Shown here: positions 17,475 to 22,636 of the stretch, in pieces | Layout of the letters: every line of letters begins with the position of its first letter | Numbering within the stretch: the stretch's first letter is position 1 | Source: a virus | DNA: 64,000 bases | Virus record (IMG/VR): IMGVR_UViG_3300027708_001885 | Coordinates: 38,378-102,377 of that record | Strand: one strand, 5' to 3' | Made by a program: the position numbers and the translations under genes | The notes under the pieces: generated by a model | Databases searched by the model: none | What the model saw: only the letters and a program-made list of their open reading frames with translations | What the model was told of the DNA's origin: nothing

Positions 17475-17595
17475 TGGTGCCGCTGCTGGGATTCGAACCC
17501 AGATAACCCCCTTGACATGGATTAAGAAAATTGCTGAACGTACTCTATACAGAGTCACCCTTTTATAAGGTGTCCTACCATTAGGCGACAGCGGC
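17475..17595 (-). ncRNA. CCA-ended tRNA with the UUCAGCAA module inserted in its anticodon arm
   Basis: Acceptor GCCGCTG/CAGCGGC, TTCGAAT T loop and ACCA end; about 45-nt insert containing ACTCT-GTAT-AGAGT-AC-GTTCAGCAA. Confidence 0.75.
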
Positions 17596-17602
17596 AATAA
17601 CT

Positions 17603-17677
17603 TGGTGGTAATGACTGGATTTGAACCAGTAACACTCTCCGTATGAAGGAGGAAGACTACCATTGTCCTACATTACC
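17603..17677 (-). tRNA. tRNA with CAU anticodon (Met or Ile2)
   Basis: CTCC-TTCATAC-GGAG; ACCA end. Confidence 0.85.
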
Positions 17678-17759
17678 ATATAGAAACACACTGGCTTGCA
17701 AGACTCCTACTAACCTTTCGATAGATGTCGCAGTTAGTATTCAATGTGTTTTTATATGG
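17676..17759 (-). repeat. hairpin cassette D
   Basis: CCATATAAAAACACATTG/CAGTGTGTTTCTATATGG stem; 48-nt insert. Confidence 0.7.
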
Positions 17760-17793
17760 TAGGGGTTTTATGAGTTGATGCATAAATAAGTGT

Positions 17794-18702
17794 ATGCCTA
17801 ATTATACAACATTTACATGTTCTTGCATAGTCTGCAAACAACCAAAAACCTCAAAAGGTATTCATTCTCATTATCTCATTTCTCATACAGAAGAAGGACG
17901 AGCAAGAAATCGTAAAAATCGTCTTGCTGGTGGATTATTAGGTTCTGAAATTGCTAAACAAAATGCACAGCAAATTCAAAATCAATATTTAGAAAATCCT
18001 AACAAATGCAAACAGTGCGATGTCTCTCTTACATACGAGCAGCGTCATAATAAATTCTGTTCAACATCCTGTTCGGCAAGTTTTTACAACAAGGATCGAA
18101 AAGGTGTTGCTCTAGATACTGCTGTGAAACAAAAGATTTCAGATAGTGTTAAAAAGTTTAATCTAGAAAATCCTTACACCAAATCAAAACAGATGTTTAG
18201 CAGACTATCGTATTGTTGTATATGCAACTCTGTCATACAAAACAAAATTGTTAAAACTTGTTCTTCTAAATGCAAGTCAGTGCTGTTATCAAACAACATG
18301 TCCGATAGAATCAAACAAAACAGAAGAAGTAATTATCGCAGAGATAAAAGATCTTATCTCGAAGAATCATTTGAAACTTGGTTGTTGGATAACAACATTT
18401 CTCTAAAATATGAAACTGAATACACTATTAAAAATCATATTACACAGAAATGGTATTTCGTGGATTTCTACTTTCCCGAAATAAATCTTATAGTTGAACT
18501 TGACGGGAAACAGCACGAAAAACCTAAACACAAAGAAGCAGACAAACTTCGTGATGAATACATCACTACTAATCTAAACTTAAATGTTTTTAGAATTTCT
18601 TATGATGAATATCAAGCTGGTTCTAAAATAAACGAATTACTAAAATTATTGGTGAGGCAGGTGGGGTTCGAACCCACAAGGAGATTTCTCTCGCCAGATT
18701 AA
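17794..18702 (+). CDS. Zn-finger + DUF559/Vsr-like PD-(D/E)xK endonuclease (homing-type)
   Basis: Repeated CxxC and FCSxxC motifs; YFVDFY...IVELDGKQH...D..RD; ends antisense within tRNA-Lys. Confidence 0.82.
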   Translation: MPNYTTFTCSCIVCKQPKTSKGIHSHYLISHTEEGRARNRKNRLAGGLLGSEIAKQNAQQIQNQYLENPNKCKQCDVSLTYEQRHNKFCSTSCSASFYNKDRKGVALDTAVKQKISDSVKKFNLENPYTKSKQMFSRLSYCCICNSVIQNKIVKTCSSKCKSVLLSNNMSDRIKQNRRSNYRRDKRSYLEESFETWLLDNNISLKYETEYTIKNHITQKWYFVDFYFPEINLIVELDGKQHEKPKHKEADKLRDEYITTNLNLNVFRISYDEYQAGSKINELLKLLVRQVGFEPTRRFLSPD

Positions 18703-18737
18703 AAGTCTGGTACCGCAGCCACTTCGGTGTCTGCCCC
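18650..18737 (-). tRNA. tRNA-Lys(UUU) with long variable arm
   Basis: CCAGA-CTTTTAA-TCTGG; variable arm CGAGAGAAATCTCCTT. Confidence 0.82.
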
Positions 18738-18741
18738 ATAT

Positions 18742-18815
18742 TGGTCCCACACCACGGTAATGATCCGTGTTTTACCGGTTAAGAGCCGGTTACATCACCT
18801 TAATGTTTGTGAGGG
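18742..18815 (-). tRNA. tRNA-Lys(CUU), atypical T loop
   Basis: ACCGG-CTCTTAA-CCGGT; T loop ATCATTA. Confidence 0.78.
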
Positions 18816-18876
18816 TTAGTTGTATTAAATTGATTTAATGTGCCAACCCTAGACCAATACGGGATCTAGAGCGACA

Positions 18877-18897
18877 CTAACGTTTAGCACGTTTCAT
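18877..18897 (-). CDS. minigene MKRAKR* with strong SD and a hairpin at the stop
   Basis: AAAGGAGA-5 nt-ATG AAA CGT GCT AAA CGT TAG. Confidence 0.5.
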   Translation of the reverse strand: MKRAKR

Positions 18898-18925
18898 ATC
18901 GTTCTCCTTTGAACATAATTAAAAT

Positions 18926-19001
18926 TGGTACCAAGAGTCGGGATCGAACCGACCACACCCGATTCTTCAGACCGGTGCTCTACCAACTGAGCTATCTTGG
19001 C
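18926..19001 (-). tRNA. tRNA-Phe(GAA)
   Basis: CCGGT-CTGAAGA-ATCGG. Confidence 0.93.
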
Positions 19002-19012
19002 ATTGATGAATA

Positions 19013-19105
19013 TGATAATAGGGGTGACCACTGAGAAGTCTCACTCAGACTACAACTTTCACAGAGTTGGGTGCCAATTTTACACTATGGTCACCCCTAT
19101 TATCA
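19013..19105 (-). tRNA. tRNA-His(GUG)-like, atypical T loop, acceptor extended to an 18-bp stem, no encoded CCA
   Basis: CAACT-CTGTGAA-AGTTG; G-1:C73; T loop TGAGACTT. Confidence 0.7.
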
Positions 19106-19112
19106 CATAAAC

Positions 19113-19187
19113 TGGCAGGGGCTGAAGGTAACGCTCCTTCTCACCTAGTTTCAAAGACTAGTATCTGCTCTTATCGATTTAACCCCT
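19113..19187 (-). tRNA. tRNA-Gln(UUG), atypical
   Basis: CTAGT-CTTTGAA-ACTAG; T loop AGCGTTA; AGGGG/CCCCT-G acceptor. Confidence 0.72.
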
Positions 19188-19193
19188 AAATAT

Positions 19194-19255
19194 AACAGGA
19201 TGCTTATTTTTCAATTAACAGTTGAATTGGATAAGTTTGCTGAACGCATCCTAAA
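19194..19255 (-). ncRNA. Y-RNA-like element 3 carrying an isolated GUU anticodon hairpin
   Basis: AGGATGC/GCATCCT stem, TTCAGCAA, TTCAA-CTGTTAA-TTGAA. Confidence 0.7.
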
Positions 19256-19257
19256 AC

Positions 19258-19333
19258 TGGTACCCTACCCTGGTTTCGATCCAGGTACCCCCGCCTTATC
19301 AAGACGGTGCTCTCCCAATTGAGCTAGTAGGGC
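19258..19333 (-). tRNA. tRNA-Ile(GAU)
   Basis: CCGTC-TTGATAA-GGCGG. Confidence 0.9.
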
Positions 19334-19338
19334 ATATT

Positions 19339-19416
19339 TGGTGCGTCCCGAGAGGTTCGAACTCCCGACCCCCGGCTTCGTAAACCAGTGCTCTAATCCA
19401 GCTGAGCTAGGGACGC
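19339..19416 (-). tRNA. tRNA-Arg(ACG)
   Basis: CTGGT-TTACGAA-GCCGG. Confidence 0.93.
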
Positions 19417-19424
19417 ATTAAATT

Positions 19425-19500
19425 TGGAGTAGGTAACAGGAGTCGAACCTGCATAAAACAGATTTGCAATCTGCCCCCTAGCCTTTCGGGTCATACCTAC
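19425..19500 (-). tRNA. tRNA-Cys(GCA)
   Basis: GCAGA-TTGCAAA-TCTGT; U73. Confidence 0.9.
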
Positions 19501-19507
19501 ATAATAA

Positions 19508-19573
19508 AACAGGATCAACTTTTTAGTTTCTGGATAAAAGAAAGTTTGTTAGTTTTGCTGAACTGATCCTAAA
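19508..19573 (-). ncRNA. Y-RNA-like element 4 carrying a 5-bp/7-nt hairpin
   Basis: AGGATCA/TGATCCT stem, TTCAGCAA, TTTCT-TTTATCC-AGAAA. Confidence 0.65.
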
Positions 19574-19575
19574 AC

Positions 19576-19651
19576 TGGTCTCTCCTGTGGGACTCGAACC
19601 CACGAAATCCTCGCCCCAAACGAGGTGGCATAGCCGCTAACCGAAAGAGAG
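19576..19651 (-). tRNA. tRNA-Pro(UGG), second copy
   Basis: CCTCG-TTTGGGG-CGAGG. Confidence 0.88.
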
Positions 19652-19692
19652 ATAAAATTAACATGATCAATACCACTATATAAATATGTGAT

Positions 19693-20343
19693 ATGAAAAA
19701 AATAGGAATTGCAATTACCGGGGAAATATACAGTATACCCCGACCCGGCTTTGTTCATCAACGTAATTGGACATTAACCAGGGACAATATCAAAACCAAT
19801 TTAATTGGTTCTTTTGAAGAAAATAATGTTGTTAATGTTTACACTACAACATATGAAAATGAAAAAGTAGAAGAAGTAGTTAAATTTTATTCACCTACTA
19901 AATCTTTAGTGCTATCTCCTGAAGGTAGTCATCAAAGACTTACCTACATTAAGAGCATGGAAAATCTTTTAGATCAAGATCTAGATTTTATCATAGCAGC
20001 CCGATTTGATCTAGCGTTTGATCAAGAAGTTGTTAACTTCAATTGGGATTATGATAAAATGAATTTTGTTTCTAAGGAAATGATGGGCTGGGAAACTTTA
20101 CAGTTTGTCACAGACACATTCTTTGGATTTCCTAAAAAATATCTACAATCTTTTATCAATAGCATTAAAAATTCACATGCTCATCTTGAAGAAACACAGC
20201 CTGGAAACATCGGTGTTCATTACATGCACGATATCTACAGGCATATGGTCATGGAAGTCAATAACGAAAATATACATTTCCTAGTTCCTGACAAGCAATG
20301 GGCTAATCAAATTCCGGGTATGTATAGGATAGTTAGAGCCTAA
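19693..20343 (+). CDS. hypothetical protein (GT-like, RFD motif)
   Basis: KIGIAITG...DFIIAARFDL; preceded by TATAAATA. Confidence 0.65.
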   Translation: MKKIGIAITGEIYSIPRPGFVHQRNWTLTRDNIKTNLIGSFEENNVVNVYTTTYENEKVEEVVKFYSPTKSLVLSPEGSHQRLTYIKSMENLLDQDLDFIIAARFDLAFDQEVVNFNWDYDKMNFVSKEMMGWETLQFVTDTFFGFPKKYLQSFINSIKNSHAHLEETQPGNIGVHYMHDIYRHMVMEVNNENIHFLVPDKQWANQIPGMYRIVRA

Positions 20344-20346
20344 AAT

Positions 20347-20421
20347 TGGCATCCCCTGTTCGATTTGCACGAACCCTGGTGATTTTGGAGATCACTGTGC
20401 TGCTGCTGACACTAAGGAGAT
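20347..20421 (-). tRNA. tRNA-Trp(CCA)
   Basis: GTGAT-CTCCAAA-ATCAC; G73. Confidence 0.85.
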
Positions 20422-20427
20422 ATAAAA

Positions 20428-20515
20428 TGGCGGAGCGTGTAGGAATCGAACCTACTCACCCATTTCTGGATGACGGGTTAGCAACCCGCTGCCTTGACCG
20501 GTCGGCCAACGCTCC
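20428..20515 (-). tRNA. tRNA-Ser(GCU)
   Basis: GCGGG-TTGCTAA-CCCGT; long variable arm. Confidence 0.93.
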
Positions 20516-20521
20516 TAAAAT

Positions 20522-20635
20522 TGGTACGACTGGTAGGTCCTGCCCCTACAAGGGCTGCGAGTTATACTCATCGCCCCGGCCCCATTCCGTGCTATAAGCA
20601 CAGCGGGAGGTCTGCTATATTCCACTCACAGTCGC
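20522..20635 (-). ncRNA. tRNA-like RNA (114 nt) with enlarged anticodon and variable arms
   Basis: GCGACTG/CAGTCGT-ACCA acceptor; T stem GTAGG/CCTAC with a GGCAGGA loop. Confidence 0.65.
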
Positions 20636-20642
20636 ATATATA

Positions 20643-20670
20643 ATTATACACGAGTTAAGTAGAATGTCAA
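20643..20670 (-). promoter_or_regulatory. sigma70 promoter
   Basis: TTGACA-16 nt-TATAAT. Confidence 0.75.
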
Positions 20671-20676
20671 GTTATT

Positions 20677-20771
20677 TGGTGGAAAGCGGAGGAGTCGAAC
20701 CCCACCCTGTTCTTCACAAGGACCCAGTTTTCAAGACTGGTCGGGGAACCAACTCCCCTGCATCACTTTCC
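20677..20771 (-). tRNA. tRNA-Ser(UGA) with 8/4 Sec-like fold
   Basis: 8-bp acceptor GGAAAGTG/CGCTTTCC, 4-bp T stem, 6-bp D stem with TTGG loop, CTTGAAA anticodon loop. Confidence 0.78.
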
Positions 20772-20777
20772 ATTATT

Positions 20778-20854
20778 TGGCGGTCCCAAGGGGATTCGAA
20801 CCCCTGCCGACGGCGTGACAAGCCGCTGTACTGACCAGGCTATACTATGGGACC
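20778..20854 (-). tRNA. tRNA-Asp(GUC)
   Basis: GCGGC-TTGTCAC-GCCGT. Confidence 0.93.
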
Positions 20855-20860
20855 TAAAAC

Positions 20861-20936
20861 TGGCGCCACAGACGGGAATCGAACCCGCCTCGATCGGATA
20901 GACAATCCGGTGCCCTACCCAGAGGACTACTGTGGC
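20861..20936 (-). tRNA. tRNA-Asp(GUC), second copy, U37
   Basis: CCGGA-TTGTCTA-TCCGA. Confidence 0.85.
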
Positions 20937-20940
20937 ATAT

Positions 20941-21015
20941 TGGCATCCTGCACGGGTATCGATCCCGTTCCTACACCTTGAAAGGGTGTTGATCTAGCCA
21001 GTAATCTAGCAGGAT
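20941..21015 (-). tRNA. tRNA-Glu(UUC), second copy
   Basis: ACACC-CTTTCAA-GGTGT. Confidence 0.85.
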
Positions 21016-21021
21016 ATAATT

Positions 21022-21096
21022 TGGTGCTCTGTTACGGAATCGAACCGCATTCTGATGCTTACAAGACACCTGCATCGCCATCAATGCTTACAGAGC
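21022..21096 (-). tRNA. tRNA-Thr(UGU), second copy
   Basis: GGTGT-CTTGTAA-GCATC. Confidence 0.85.
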
Positions 21097-21101
21097 CAAT
21101 T

Positions 21102-21176
21102 TGGTGGAGGCCGAGGGAATCGAACCCTTCTAGTCACGATCCTTGCAAGGGAACGCCGCAGCCCACTGCTGCCCCC
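21102..21176 (-). tRNA. atypical tRNA-Ala(UGC) with mini D arm
   Basis: GGGGGC-A-GCAG-TGGG-CTGC; CTTGCAA loop; G3:U70; ACCA end. Confidence 0.75.
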
Positions 21177-21711
21177 AAATTATATCTTGCCATCTGATAG
21201 CATTCTTACTATCATAATCAAGCCTATTATTTTTGCTTTGATTATCTCGAGCCGGCAAGTATTGTAAATTATCCTGATGATGAAGTCCACCTTTTGATAA
21301 TGGTACCTTGTGGTCGACTTGGAATCCTTCAGGAACAAATTGATAAATTTGTCTAATTAAAATTAAATCAGCATCGTCAGGTATCGCATTTCTTTTCCGT
21401 GCTCTGTAAGCATAGACATTTGCTTTATTGCCTGCTTTTTTATGTTCTTCAGACACCCTGCCTTTTTTATCCCAGTAAGCATTTCTACCTGCTGAAATTT
21501 TTGTAGAGTGCTCTGCTGTCCTTGGAGGAAGTTTTACACCCTTTCTGTTTGGCATTTTTGCCTTACCAGAAATAATTGCTTCCTTAACACCTTTAGCAAT
21601 TTTTTCTTTAGTATCTGCTGTTCTAATTCTGCTGTTAGCACATGCTCTTGAGCAAAATTTTCCAGATCCAAAGGATCCATTGTGTTTGGCATCGCATTTA
21701 AAACATATCAT
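21130..21711 (-). CDS. HNH homing endonuclease with N-terminal Zn finger
   Basis: GSGKFCSRACAN and VDHKVPLSKGGLHHQDNLQYL...N; stop codon inside tRNA-Ala. Confidence 0.88.
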   Translation of the reverse strand: MICFKCDAKHNGSFGSGKFCSRACANSRIRTADTKEKIAKGVKEAIISGKAKMPNRKGVKLPPRTAEHSTKISAGRNAYWDKKGRVSEEHKKAGNKANVYAYRARKRNAIPDDADLILIRQIYQFVPEGFQVDHKVPLSKGGLHHQDNLQYLPARDNQSKNNRLDYDSKNAIRWQDIIWGQQWAAAFPCKDRD

Positions 21712-21766
21712 AATAGTTCTCCCAATTGTATTTATACAATTGAACTCATCTACTACAAATTACATA

Positions 21767-21842
21767 TGGCTCCATCTGTTGGATTCGAACCAACCTCTTC
21801 CGGTTAACAGCCGGGGGTACTCACCGAGAATACTAAGATGGA
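21767..21842 (-). tRNA. tRNA-Asn(GUU), second copy
   Basis: CCGG-CTGTTAA-CCGG; GCCA end. Confidence 0.87.
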
Positions 21843-21853
21843 ATAGAATATTT

Positions 21854-21940
21854 TGGTGGAACCCCAAGGAATCGAACCTCTTGCCACCACCCACCTTATT
21901 TTGGCTACGATTTTACAGACCGCAAGCGGGAAAGGGCTCC
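21854..21940 (-). tRNA. D-armless tRNA-like RNA with GUA (Tyr) anticodon
   Basis: GGAGCCC/GGGTTCC acceptor, 9-nt linker in place of the D arm, TGCGGT-CTGTAAA-ATCGTA, TTCGATT T loop, ACCA end. Confidence 0.7.
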
Positions 21941-21943
21941 ATT

Positions 21944-22070
21944 AAACACACTCTAGCAGTTTATCTTTCTGCCTCTCTATACTATGTACTCGGAACGAAT
22001 GTGTGTATTAAAGTACTTTCCGCTACGCTGTCGTGCCCGTTGGAGGGGTCAAGTGAAAGCACTTTAATAC
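21944..22070 (-). repeat. hairpin cassette E plus an adjacent long hairpin
   Basis: ACACATTC/GAGTGTGT stem with a 43-nt insert; GTATTAAAGTGCTTTC/GAAAGTACTTTAATAC stem. Confidence 0.6.
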
Positions 22071-22181
22071 GAACTAATTTTTAGTCCCACAAGAGGGATT
22101 CCATCCTAGTCGCCGCCCGTTTGCCCCAATGTTTTACGTGCAGGGCGAGGACCTCGTTTCCTCATATCACACGTTGCGATG

Positions 22182-22334
22182 TTAACGACCTCCGCAGAGC
22201 GTCTCTCGCTTTCTCATAGCTTCATAACTTTGAACAGCTCTTGCCAACTTGTTCTCAAACAACTGTTTAAGTTGTTCAGGAGTTAGCGTATGCTGTCTAA
22301 GCCATTCAGCTTGTTTGATCTTTTTACTGTCCAT
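22182..22334 (-). CDS. small basic hypothetical protein (50 aa, MDSKKIKQAEWLRQHTL...)
   Basis: Hand-translated ORF immediately after the terminator. Confidence 0.5.
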   Translation of the reverse strand: MDSKKIKQAEWLRQHTLTPEQLKQLFENKLARAVQSYEAMRKRETLCGGR

Positions 22335-22350
22335 TTTCTTTTTGGAAAAC

Positions 22351-22382
22351 AAAAAACCCCAGGGTTCTTAATCCTGGGGTCC
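22351..22382 (-). terminator. intrinsic terminator (attenuator) at the head of the tRNA array
   Basis: GGACCCCAGG-ATTAAGAAC-CCTGGGGTTT followed by TTTGTTTT. Confidence 0.88.
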
Positions 22383-22405
22383 TTGGAAGTTAAAATGTAA
22401 TCTAG

Positions 22406-22549
22406 TTACACTTTGGTCTCCTGGGACCCCGAGTTAATCTCCGGTGTGCGATCATAACTTGACAGACTATTAATCGCTAACCAGCTGGCGGACATGCATC
22501 CAACCTGTTTGGCTATCGTATTAAAATGTTGTCTTTGTTGCGATTGCAT
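22406..22549 (-). CDS. putative attenuator leader peptide (47 aa; all 20 amino acids)
   Basis: MQSQQRQHFNTIAKQVGCMSASWLAINSLSSYDRTPEINSGSQETKV*; its 3' end overlaps the antiterminator strand GGGGTCC. Confidence 0.72.
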   Translation of the reverse strand: MQSQQRQHFNTIAKQVGCMSASWLAINSLSSYDRTPEINSGSQETKV

Positions 22550-22607
22550 TTTGTTTTCTCTTTAAACCTTTGTTTACATCGACAGCACCATTGCTGCCTA
22601 TGTGTTA

Positions 22608-22636
22608 ATTATACATTTATTTAGTCTCGTTGTCAA
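22608..22636 (-). promoter_or_regulatory. sigma70 promoter P2 of the tRNA array
   Basis: TTGACA-17 nt-TATAAT. Confidence 0.88.

Noticed and set aside
20677-20771. selC (tRNA-Sec)
   Set aside because: The anticodon is UGA (Ser), not UCA; the T stem is 4 bp; the discriminator is A.
9650-21940. ORF-track entries overlapping tRNAs (e.g. 10084-10293, 10494-10676, 11480-11776, 13823-14047, 17463-17663, 20346-20597, 21680-22084)
   Set aside because: They are translations of tRNA or ncRNA sequence, mostly antisense, with no protein motifs.
9749-22070. CRISPR array interpretation of the repeated elements
   Set aside because: Copies are dispersed, non-identical and covarying rather than tandem direct repeats, and no cas genes are present.
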